From Desulfobacterales bacterium (lineage in GTDB: Bacteria; Desulfobacterota; Desulfobacteria; Desulfobacterales; SpSt-501), in contig JBGSTS010000073.1 in assembly GCA_041736435.1 (NCBI GenBank), positions 866-64,865 on the forward strand: a stretch of DNA of 64,000 nt, written 5' to 3'. Below the pieces are notes generated by a model that was not told the DNA's origin, did no database searches, and saw only the letters and a list, made by a program, of their open reading frames with translations. Position 1 is the stretch's first letter; every line of letters begins with the position of its first letter. Positions 21,401 to 32,334 of the stretch are shown here, piece after piece. The translations under genes and the position numbers were made by a program.

Positions 21401-22232
21401 CGATGCCAGCTCCGACCTTACGCTGCTCCTGAAATACCTCGCGGGACGACTGCCGGCGGCGGACTTCATCCTCGATTTCGGCCCGCAGGGGACCGCCGAC
21501 AACATGATAGCCGTGATGCTCGAGCGGCTGGGGGATGCCATCGGGTTCCTCGCCCGCCCGGTGGATGCCATCAAGCACCAGGCCAAAACCGTGACCGTCG
21601 GGACAAGCCGCATCAGCGAGGAGCCGGAAGGGATCCTCTTCGCCGCGTTGGCCGCGGAGCATTTCTCGACCACCCACCTCATTCCCGCCAACGTCGCGGT
21701 GCTCAAGAACCTGCAGGCGGTCGTGCGCGAGGTGCAAGGCATCGTCCTCTATCGGATCGCCGGTCTGAACGCGCTGGGCGAACCCGACGAAACCACCACC
21801 ATCGAGATATTAGGCAAACGCGGCGGCACCCGCCACCTTCCTTCCCGTGTGGAATCCGACCCGGCCCTGAAAGGCACCAAGCGCATCATCGTCCGGGACG
21901 GCAACATCTACATCGGCAAGGGCCGCAAGGACGACCGCAGCATCCTGGTGATCCCGTTGATGTCCGCCGCGCCGGCCCGGCCCAACCGCATCGAGCACCT
22001 GCTGCTGCTGCACATCGCCTTCGGCGACCCCGTGCCCCTGGATGCCAAGATCCGGGCGCTGGGCGGCAAACACGAACACATCAAAAACATCGTCCAGGAG
22101 AACAGCGTTTCCTGGAGCGACGACCTGCTGGAGCGCATCGCCATCGATGAGCTCTTCGGCCGCTCGGCGGAAAAAGTGGCCGAATTCATCATGGCCGGGC
22201 TGAAAACCGCGGGCTCTGTCGGGAAATCTTAA
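18489..22232 (+). CDS. Large GlmS-like glutamine amidotransferase / SIS-domain protein
   Basis: CGIAGIV (Cys51), EVRGRDSAG, HTRWA, LNGDIDNY, SQSGTTTDT, VASTKAF, KLSELCY, AKTVTVG, with long insertions and extensions. Confidence 0.85.
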   Translation: MFQDRISRLRRILKGICPRLLTAPVYFGRCLATVPPGALVVFPLRSTVLGCGIAGIVTFKHPPAAAALPITPLAAWAERLSSNGLDACLVRGSGLSEAYLGGEECIGEVGRITREFRRPDAFGRVYADPTCQAQLEKLASVLAECQAAEAGRFDAVVGRLGVAEADTVNQRIEQLKDAAWCLRTEVLSNVHRVRELVAGAGGSPAAVRVFRSINSVLNSIDRMEVRGRDSAGISLLFILRAGDYERFSADLSQGGIQGDFSRRLDLQPLLNRSIAVHRHGAGVAVGFTYKVAVEIGSLGDNIRFLRREIAGDPVLHTIVSFPSEFHTVNAHTRWASVGAITEANCHPVDNRAAEGAAGATGIIHACLNGDIDNYQELRVAFEQRGGRIHHDITTDTKIIPLQIELYLQQGCNVAEAFRRAVVDFKGSHAIAMHTSLAPGKLFLAQRGSGQAIFVGIAPDHYMATSEVYGFIEETSAYIRLDGESVVDGPGGRTQGQVVVLDQLSPGGLQGISAMRYDGTPVALSERDLRRTELTSRDIDRQHYPHYFLKEVSESPASVEKTLQNRWKISDSNQKLLVTALDESAVPSRVNRALADGSVRRIFFIGQGTAGVAALACTHILQHYLNSPAIHVQALKASEFSGFSMGIEADTGTMVDALVVAISQSGTTTDTNRAVDMARARGALTLAIVNRRDSDITFKVDGVLYTSSGRDIEMSVASTKAFYAQITAGALLGLHIARLKGRRDAQFVSEEIQRLLELPDHMRRVLGLAERLQASARRLAVTKTYWAVVGSGPNKASADEIRIKLSELCYKTISSDFVEDKKHIDLSSEPLIVVCAAGTRPSVIGDIVKDTAIFKAHKATPVVICDEGEARFAPYAADVFQVPVVAEHLAPVLNTLAGHLWGYYAALSIHEGSQFLFGLHADLQHAVSDATRRGVDLFELVLETGFREKIVELYAEFRERRKDGRFPATVGYDASSDLTLLLKYLAGRLPAADFILDFGPQGTADNMIAVMLERLGDAIGFLARPVDAIKHQAKTVTVGTSRISEEPEGILFAALAAEHFSTTHLIPANVAVLKNLQAVVREVQGIVLYRIAGLNALGEPDETTTIEILGKRGGTRHLPSRVESDPALKGTKRIIVRDGNIYIGKGRKDDRSILVIPLMSAAPARPNRIEHLLLLHIAFGDPVPLDAKIRALGGKHEHIKNIVQENSVSWSDDLLERIAIDELFGRSAEKVAEFIMAGLKTAGSVGKS

Positions 22233-22301
22233 AGGAATTGGCGTTACGGGGCTTTCTGTGGTATATATAATAGTTCTGTTAACCTTCAACGCAGCTGCGC
22301 C

Positions 22302-22877
22302 ATGAAAACCTACAACGTGTTGCTGGTGGATGACGACCCCTTCATCCTGGAAGGTATCGGGGAAGACCTCGAAAACCACGGCTACCGTGTCACCCGTGCA
22401 AACAGCGGTGACATGGCGATCAAGATCCTTCAGCGCTCCAGCTTCGACCTGATCATCACGGACCTGGTGATGGAGCGAACCGACGGCATCCAGGTGCTGA
22501 AGCGGTCGAAAGAAATCGACGCCACCGTGATGGTCATCGTCCTGACCGGCTTCGGCGACATGCTCTCCGCCATCGAAGCGCTCCGGTCTCAGGCCGACGA
22601 CTACCTGCTCAAGCCCTGCGAGTCCGCCGAGGTCTTTTTCCGCGTGGAGCGCTGCATCGAAAAGCTGGAACTCGCACGCCGCATCTCCCTCTACCAAAAA
22701 ATCCTGCCGATGTGCTGCGTCTGCAAGAAAATCCGAGATGACACCGGGAAAGAGCCGGGGCGGGGGCCATGGGTGCCCGTGGAGCAGTTCATCCACGAAC
22801 GTGCCAAACTGGACATCACATCCAGCTATTGCCCGGAATGCGCCCAGCAGACATTGCGGGAATTCGTCAAACCCTGA
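22302..22877 (+). CDS. Response regulator with C-terminal Cys-rich (CxxCKK...CPEC) domain
   Basis: Intact receiver (VDDD, ITD, LTG, LLKP) followed by MCCVCKKIRD...SYCPEC. Confidence 0.85.
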   Translation: MKTYNVLLVDDDPFILEGIGEDLENHGYRVTRANSGDMAIKILQRSSFDLIITDLVMERTDGIQVLKRSKEIDATVMVIVLTGFGDMLSAIEALRSQADDYLLKPCESAEVFFRVERCIEKLELARRISLYQKILPMCCVCKKIRDDTGKEPGRGPWVPVEQFIHERAKLDITSSYCPECAQQTLREFVKP

Positions 22878-22905
22878 CGGCCGGCCGTCAGCCGTGGCAC
22901 TGCCT

Positions 22906-25917
<3,012 letters not shown>

Positions 25918-25986
25918 CATGGATCAGGCAAGTCAAGCCGACAGCCGGCAGCTTCCCACGCCGCCGCATAATGGTTTTAGGTCGAC

Positions 25987-26415
25987 ATGGCGTCCAAACC
26001 AATCGATCTTTATTGCGAATCTCACCTGTTCGTTGCCGCTATCCGGGTTCACGAACATCTTCATGGCGTTCCACCGGCGCTGGAGGAGATCAGCCGCCTG
26101 CTCGGCTTCTCCGCCGAACAGGCGGGTTTTGTGTCGCGGCGCCTGGCTGAACTCGGCATCGTCGAGGCGGTTCAGGTCTCTTTCGGAACGCGCTTTTTCA
26201 TTCGGGACCACTGCAAAATAGAGGAGATTCCCCGCGGTGACGCCGGGCGCCGACTGGAAGACGAAGTCAAAAAATTCCAGGACCTCCAGAAGACGATCAC
26301 CCGCAGGGTTGAGTCCTTCCAGGCCGAGCAGGCGGGAAAAAAGAAAAACCTGTTCGCGGAGATGGAAAAAAAACTCAAGGAGGAGATCGAGAAAAAAAAC
26401 AAGCCACTCCCGTGA
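25987..26415 (+). CDS. Hypothetical protein (possible winged-helix N-terminus, Lys/Glu-rich coiled-coil C-terminus)
   Basis: 142-aa ORF downstream of a promoter-like site; protein-like composition. Confidence 0.65.
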   Translation: MASKPIDLYCESHLFVAAIRVHEHLHGVPPALEEISRLLGFSAEQAGFVSRRLAELGIVEAVQVSFGTRFFIRDHCKIEEIPRGDAGRRLEDEVKKFQDLQKTITRRVESFQAEQAGKKKNLFAEMEKKLKEEIEKKNKPLP

Positions 26416-26502
26416 CCTTTTCGGAATACCAACACAACGGTTTGCAATCATATATTTTTATGGGTTGGCCGCATCCTCATTTTACCCTATTAAGCTAAGA
26501 GC

Positions 26503-26973
26503 ATGGCGACTTCATTGAAAACCGGCGACAGCATGCACTACCGCAAGCGGATCCGCAAAGATTTGCAGTCGGTCTCGTTGAACGCGGACATGATCCGGCT
26601 GCTGCTGGTGATCGATGAGAGCAAGAGTCTCTACCAGATATCCGCCGAAGCGGAAATGGACGCGGTCACTTTTAAGCGAACCCTGGCCGGCCTTCTTACT
26701 CAGGGGTTGATCGAACCGGTCCACCGCGAGGTTCCACCGCTCGACCGGTCCTTTCTGAACGCCATGCGTTCCAACCTGACCCGAGTCATCGGGCCCGTGT
26801 CCGAGATTCTCATGGAAGATGTCCTGGTGGAAATGGGCCTGGATGCCTCCCGCATCCCGATGGAGCAAGCGGCTGAAATCATCAACCGCATCGCTCTCGA
26901 GATTCCAAATGATGCCGGGAAGATTGAATTCAAAAAATCGATGATCCCGATCCTGAAAAACGTCAAACCCTGA
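26503..26973 (+). CDS. Hypothetical protein (possible wHTH plus small helical domain)
   Basis: 156-aa ORF ending 16 bp before the Cache/HAMP gene; alternative ATG at 26533. Confidence 0.65.
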   Translation: MATSLKTGDSMHYRKRIRKDLQSVSLNADMIRLLLVIDESKSLYQISAEAEMDAVTFKRTLAGLLTQGLIEPVHREVPPLDRSFLNAMRSNLTRVIGPVSEILMEDVLVEMGLDASRIPMEQAAEIINRIALEIPNDAGKIEFKKSMIPILKNVKP

Positions 26974-26989
26974 GACAGGAGCGCCCTTC

Positions 26990-28375
26990 ATGATGGATAT
27001 CGCCTGCGATGCATGCGGAAAGCGTTACCGGATTGATGAAACCAAAATGAAAACCGACACGGCCAAGGTCAAGTGCAAGGCCTGCGGCCGTGTGATCCAG
27101 GTGACGAAGCCGCCTGCGGCCGTCGACCTGCCGCCCGACTTTGATTTCGAGCTTCCGCCTCTGCCGGCATCCGAGACCGTCCCGGAGACGCCTGCTGACA
27201 CCCTAGCGCCGCCCCCCGATGCGTTTCCTCCGCAACCGGCCGAACCCGCGCGTGAAGAGACGCGCGCCGAAGGCTCCGGCCTGCAGCCCATGCCCCAGGA
27301 CCGCAAGGTGCGCGTTGGTCTGTTCAGCAAAACGATTCTCGTGATGCTGATAGTCAGCCTGCTGCCGTTCGGCCTTTTCTGGTTCTTGACCTTTCGCGAG
27401 ATGAACGATCACATCCGCAGCGATTCGGAAACCTTGATGGCTCAGACCGCCAAGAGCATGGTGGACCAAATCGACGCCTGGCTGAACAGCAACGCCGCGC
27501 TGCTGCGAATGGCCGCCACTCTGCCTGAAATCGCTTCCATGAACCGTGACCAACAGGAGCCGGCGCTGAAGGCCATCCACCAGGCGTACCCGTTCATGTA
27601 TCTGGTGTTCACCGTGGACCCGAACGGCATGAATGTCGGCCGCAACGACAGCAATCCGCTGGTGAGCTACGCCGACCGTCAATATTTCAAGGACATCATG
27701 GCCGGCCGGGCCCTCAGCTGGCAATCGGTGGTCGGGCGAACCTCCAAAGTGCCGGCCCTGGTCTTGGCCGTGCCGATCCGGCAGGGCAACCGCGTGGTCG
27801 GCGTGATGGCGGCCGCCATGACGGTGGATGACATTTCGAAACGAATCGCAACCTGGAAAAAGGGGGCGACGGGGTTTGCGTTTCTTGTGGACGAGCAGGG
27901 CTATGTGATCGCGCATCCCCACAAACAGTTCGGCGAAAAACGGGAGAACCTGAACGGCTCCCCGCTGATTTCGGCCTTTCGCAGCAAGGGGTGGACATCG
28001 GCCACCGCAGCGTTCAGCGGTGAAAACGGACTGCCGGTCATCGGCCACGCGCGCAGCAACAGCACCGGCTGGGTGCTGGGGGTGCAGCAGGATGAGAGCG
28101 AGATCCTCCAAAACCTGACCATGATCCAACGGTTTGCGTGGACGCTCTTGGCGGTCACGGTGCTCTTGGTCATTGCCATCGCCTGGTTCTCGGCCCGCTC
28201 CCTGGTGACCCCCATCATGAAGCTGACGGATGCAGCCGAGCGCATGAGCCTCGGCGATCTGAACGTGAAAATCGATGTCGGGTCCCGGGATGAAATCGGT
28301 CTGCTGGCACAGGCCATCGGCCGCATGCAGACCAGCCTGCAGATCGCGATGCGCCGCCTGCGAAAGCGACGGTGA
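26990..28375 (+). CDS. Zinc-ribbon / dCache / HAMP membrane protein without output domain
   Basis: CDACGKRY...CKACG (MJ0042-type finger), Pro-rich linker, TM, YADRQYF and FAFLVDEQGYVIAHP (dCache_1), TM, HAMP (PIMKL...DEIGLLAQAIGRM), then stop. Confidence 0.85.
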   Translation: MMDIACDACGKRYRIDETKMKTDTAKVKCKACGRVIQVTKPPAAVDLPPDFDFELPPLPASETVPETPADTLAPPPDAFPPQPAEPAREETRAEGSGLQPMPQDRKVRVGLFSKTILVMLIVSLLPFGLFWFLTFREMNDHIRSDSETLMAQTAKSMVDQIDAWLNSNAALLRMAATLPEIASMNRDQQEPALKAIHQAYPFMYLVFTVDPNGMNVGRNDSNPLVSYADRQYFKDIMAGRALSWQSVVGRTSKVPALVLAVPIRQGNRVVGVMAAAMTVDDISKRIATWKKGATGFAFLVDEQGYVIAHPHKQFGEKRENLNGSPLISAFRSKGWTSATAAFSGENGLPVIGHARSNSTGWVLGVQQDESEILQNLTMIQRFAWTLLAVTVLLVIAIAWFSARSLVTPIMKLTDAAERMSLGDLNVKIDVGSRDEIGLLAQAIGRMQTSLQIAMRRLRKRR

Positions 28376-28377
28376 GG

Positions 28378-28506
28378 AAAGTTCGAAGTGACGAACGTGA
28401 GCTAACGTGCCTAAAGTTGAAGAAAGTTGCGGGTACTTTTACGCCTATGGGTAATCCCCGCTGGATGGTTTTAGAACTTTAGGCACTTGACACTTAAGGC
28501 ACTTTT
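28378..28506. repeat. Inverted arrays of degenerate 8-10-nt units (AAAGTGCCT-like)
   Basis: Perfect 12-bp inverted repeat GTGCCTAAAGTT (28407-28418) / AACTTTAGGCAC (28475-28486), with further degenerate units on each arm, between convergent genes. Confidence 0.65.
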
Positions 28507-28507
28507 T

Positions 28508-30505
28508 CTACTGCAACCCCACCTCCCAGTTCCACCTTCCCGGGCGCTCTTTGAGCGTGACGTGGTTTGGCAGCGGTTCGATCAGGTGGACGAAAAGGCG
28601 ATAGCCGGCCTGTTCAAGCTGTCTGCGCCGGTCCTGCAAATTCAGCCGCCAGTTGGGATAGACCCACATCAGCGGGCCGTGCCGCACCGACCAGGCCTCC
28701 TCCCCCTTCGGGCTGCGAAACGGCGCATCGAGTATCAGATCGGCGGCAGCGGTTCGAGCGACGCAGAGGGGCCAATTGCCGCCGATGAGAACCCCCAGCG
28801 GCAAGGGGCTGGAACGAGGCAGTGCCAAGATATCTGCATCGCCGAGCTCCGGGCTGACAATGGCCCCCTCAAAACCAAGAGCGGCCGCGGTTTCCAGCGC
28901 CAGGGGATTGGTCAGGTTGCAGAACGGCCCTGCCCAAAGCCGCAGTCGGCTGCCGATGGAATCAAACACGCCGACCTGCCAGGGGTCATTGAGCACAAAC
29001 GAGCGGCCGCCTCGCGCGCAGGCGGCTGCGACCAAGGCCCGGATCGGCGCAGCGTCGCTCGGGAAAACCACCGGCGGAAGCCACCACCAGGTATGCCGGC
29101 AGACCCGTTCAGGGAGAACGGCCAAGGCCGCTTCGCTCAGCCACAACCCGCTGCAGTCCGCTCCGCCGCCCCCGGCCGGATGACGGCAGACCCTCAGTTC
29201 AAGGGGTGGAATCCGCCCCCGAAACGGGGCGGGCCGGTTGGGCCTGAAGGAGGACGGCGGATCGAGCGTCAGGGTGCGCTCCGGCAATTCGGCTTCGAGG
29301 CCTTTGATCAGATCCTCCAGGGCTTTTTCACGCCGGTCGATCAGGAAGACCGCAGTGCCCTTGGGAGCCTGCCGCACGGCTGCCGAGAAAAAATGGCGCC
29401 CCCCCTTGGGAACGAATCGGCCGATGCGCTCGATGCCGTGTCCCGGTTCGTCCTCATATCCGATCCGCAGCAAGTCCCCCTTGAGAAGCTCCTCGTTCGG
29501 GTTGAAAAAGGAGGCGCGGCCGCCGCCTTTGACTCTGCCGATGAGCAGCCCGGAGCCGGTCGCACTCCGTGTGTCGACCGGGTTCTGGGGCCTTTGGGGC
29601 AAAAAATGGTAGTGAGTCCCGGGCCGACCCAAGGCCCGGGCCAGCAGATCGAGCGCGGCTTTTTTCATCCGGGTGTCGCCCGCGTGGTCCCGCAGCATGC
29701 GGTAGGCGGCGACGGTGTAATAGACATAATGCGGCCCCTTCTTGCGTCCTTCGATTTTCCAGGCGCGAATTTGGGGGATCGTCAGCAGCACCTTGACCAG
29801 CACGTCCAGGTTCAGGTCCTGACAGGAAAAAAAACGCCGCTGCTCGCCTGCCTGGTCATACACTCGTCGGCACGGCTGCACGCAGCGCCCCCGCAACCCG
29901 CTCCGGCCGCCCAGAAAACTGCTCCAGTAACAGCGCCCGGACACTCCGTAGCAGAGGGCGCCATGGATGAACACTTCAAGGCCCAGCCCGGGGGGGCAAG
30001 CCGCCGCCATGGCTTTGATCTCGTCAATCGTCAACTCCCGCGGCAGAACCAGGCTGTCGACGGGCAGCTTCGCGCGGATGACGGGCAACGCCTCCGGGAA
30101 GCTCACATTCGCCAGCGTGGACCAAATAACCTGTCCTGCGAAACCGGTCTGCCGCACAAGTCCCGCCATCGCCAGGTCCTGCACGATCACGGCGTCGGGG
30201 TGCACATACCGGTTCAACTGGTCAAGCAGCCTGCCGGCGGCGTCCAGCTCGCCTGCCGTGATCAGCGTGTTCAAGGTCACAAAGACCCGGGCGCCCTTTG
30301 CATGCGCCAGCTCTGTGAGGGTGCCCAACTCGTCCAGGGAGAAATTTTTAGCTTCCATGCGCGCCGAAAACGCTTTCAGCCCGCAGTAAACGGCCTCCGC
30401 TCCGGCCGCTAAGGCGGCCAGAAAAGAGGCTCGATTCCCGGCCGGCGCCAGGATGGCCGGCGGCTGAGCATCAGGGGCGCCGGCGTCAATCCGATTATCG
30501 GTCAT
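28508..30505 (-). CDS. Peptidase U32 family Fe-S hydroxylase (RlhA-like, long form)
   Basis: ILAPAG, GAEAVYCG, EVFIHGALC, SGRC, RGRCVQPCR, KIEGR. Confidence 0.85.
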   Translation of the reverse strand: MTDNRIDAGAPDAQPPAILAPAGNRASFLAALAAGAEAVYCGLKAFSARMEAKNFSLDELGTLTELAHAKGARVFVTLNTLITAGELDAAGRLLDQLNRYVHPDAVIVQDLAMAGLVRQTGFAGQVIWSTLANVSFPEALPVIRAKLPVDSLVLPRELTIDEIKAMAAACPPGLGLEVFIHGALCYGVSGRCYWSSFLGGRSGLRGRCVQPCRRVYDQAGEQRRFFSCQDLNLDVLVKVLLTIPQIRAWKIEGRKKGPHYVYYTVAAYRMLRDHAGDTRMKKAALDLLARALGRPGTHYHFLPQRPQNPVDTRSATGSGLLIGRVKGGGRASFFNPNEELLKGDLLRIGYEDEPGHGIERIGRFVPKGGRHFFSAAVRQAPKGTAVFLIDRREKALEDLIKGLEAELPERTLTLDPPSSFRPNRPAPFRGRIPPLELRVCRHPAGGGGADCSGLWLSEAALAVLPERVCRHTWWWLPPVVFPSDAAPIRALVAAACARGGRSFVLNDPWQVGVFDSIGSRLRLWAGPFCNLTNPLALETAAALGFEGAIVSPELGDADILALPRSSPLPLGVLIGGNWPLCVARTAAADLILDAPFRSPKGEEAWSVRHGPLMWVYPNWRLNLQDRRRQLEQAGYRLFVHLIEPLPNHVTLKERPGRWNWEVGLQ

Positions 30506-30636
30506 GGACACTCATTCCTCTGGAGCAGGCAACTACCAGTAAAAGCGTTTATTTCAAAGCTGAAAGTTGATATAATCTACCACAAAATCAATGAATGTTG
30601 CAGTCCAACGCGGAATCACACCCAAAAGGGGCCTCC

Positions 30637-32334
30637 ATGACATCAACGATCGACGATCAGGTCAGCGGGCTGGTGGATGAGACACGCGCGGCGCTGCTGA
30701 AGGGGGTTGCCGCCAACATGCCGGACATCACCCTGAGCGACCGGCACCTGTGCGATCTCGAAATGCTCGCCACCGGCGGCTTTTCACCGCTGCAGGGGTT
30801 CATGACCCGGGCCGACTATGAGCCGGTGCTCGACCGCATGCGGCTGGCGGCGGGGGCCGTGTGGCCGGTCCCGATCTGCCTGGACGTACCCGAGATCGGG
30901 GCCCGCCGCCTGGAAGCGGGCCAATCGGTGGCGTTGCGCGACCCGGAAGGATTTCTGCTGGCGGTCTTGCACATCGAGGACCTCTGGCCGGTGGATCGCG
31001 CGAAGGAGGCGGCTCAGGTCTACGGTACTGTAGATCCGTCCCATCCCGGCGCGAACTACCTCCTCAACAAGACCGGCGACACCTACATCGGCGGCCGGCT
31101 CGAAGTGATCAGCCTGCCGCTTCACTATGATTTCCGCAAAATCCGGCTCACCCCGGGCGAGATCCGGACAACTGTCCGCAAGCTCAACTGGCAGCGCATG
31201 GTGGGCTTTGTTACCGAAAACCCTATCCACCGCCCCCAGTTCGAAATGACCCTGCAGGCAATGCGGCAAGCCCGCGCCAACCTTATGATCTTGCCCGTGG
31301 CCGGAATGACCAAGCCGGGGGACTTCGACCACTACACCCGGGTACGCTGTGTCCGCAAGGTCGTCCAGCACTACCCGCCCGAGGCCTATCTGCTCAACCT
31401 GCTGCCCCTGTCCATGCGCATGTCCGGGCCGCGGGAGGCGCTGCTGCACGCCATCATCTGCCGTAATTACGGCTGCACGCATTTTATCGCCGGCCGCGAC
31501 CACGCCGGTCCCGGGTGTGATCCGAGGGGCAAACCCTTCTACGGCGTGGACGATGCCTGCCGGCTGGTCGAGGAGCACGCCCGGGACATCGGCATCGAGA
31601 TCATTTCCTTTCCCGAAATGGTATACCTGCCCTTCGAGGACGAGCACCGCAGCGCCGACCAGGTCCCCCCAGGGACCCAGACCATTTCCCTCTCCGGAAC
31701 CGACATCCGCCGCAGGGTGCGCGAGGGCCGGCGGATTCCGGAGTGGGCCACCTTCCCCGAGGTCATCGCCGAACTCCAGCGGGCCTATCCTCCGCCCGAT
31801 CGGCAGGGGTTCAGTATTTTCATGACTGGCCTCTCCGGCGCCGGCAAGTCCACCATCGCCCGGATCCTCTATTCCAAATTCCTGGAACGCGGCGAACGGC
31901 CGGTGACCCTGCTGGACGGCGACATCGTCCGCCATAACCTCTCGAGCGAGCTCAGCTTCTCCAAGGAGCACCGGGACGTCAACGTGCGCCGCATCGGCTT
32001 CGTGGCCTCCGAGATCACCAAAAACCGCGGCATCGCCATCTGCGCCCCCATCGCACCCTATGCCAAAACCCGGGCCGAGATCCGCAGCGCCATCCAAACC
32101 CACGGCGGGTTCATCGAGGTTCACGTAGCAACCCCGATCGACGAGTGCGAGAAGCGCGACCGCAAGGGCATGTATGCCAAAGCCCGCGCCGGGCTCGTCA
32201 AGGGGTTCACCGGTATCGACGACCCCTACGAGGCGCCCGAATCCCCCGAGGTCCGAATCGACACCACGCACGTGAGCCCGGACGAGGCCGCGCAGGAGAT
32301 CCTGCTCTACCTGGGGCAGCGGGGGTTTATATGA
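30637..32334 (+). CDS. cysC: Sulfate adenylyltransferase-like / adenylylsulfate kinase fusion
   Basis: Sat fold (GGFSPLQGFM, GPREA, NYGCTHFIAGRDHAG) plus APS kinase (TGLSGAGKST, LLDGD, RDRKGMY, FTGIDDPYE). Confidence 0.92.
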   Translation: MTSTIDDQVSGLVDETRAALLKGVAANMPDITLSDRHLCDLEMLATGGFSPLQGFMTRADYEPVLDRMRLAAGAVWPVPICLDVPEIGARRLEAGQSVALRDPEGFLLAVLHIEDLWPVDRAKEAAQVYGTVDPSHPGANYLLNKTGDTYIGGRLEVISLPLHYDFRKIRLTPGEIRTTVRKLNWQRMVGFVTENPIHRPQFEMTLQAMRQARANLMILPVAGMTKPGDFDHYTRVRCVRKVVQHYPPEAYLLNLLPLSMRMSGPREALLHAIICRNYGCTHFIAGRDHAGPGCDPRGKPFYGVDDACRLVEEHARDIGIEIISFPEMVYLPFEDEHRSADQVPPGTQTISLSGTDIRRRVREGRRIPEWATFPEVIAELQRAYPPPDRQGFSIFMTGLSGAGKSTIARILYSKFLERGERPVTLLDGDIVRHNLSSELSFSKEHRDVNVRRIGFVASEITKNRGIAICAPIAPYAKTRAEIRSAIQTHGGFIEVHVATPIDECEKRDRKGMYAKARAGLVKGFTGIDDPYEAPESPEVRIDTTHVSPDEAAQEILLYLGQRGFI

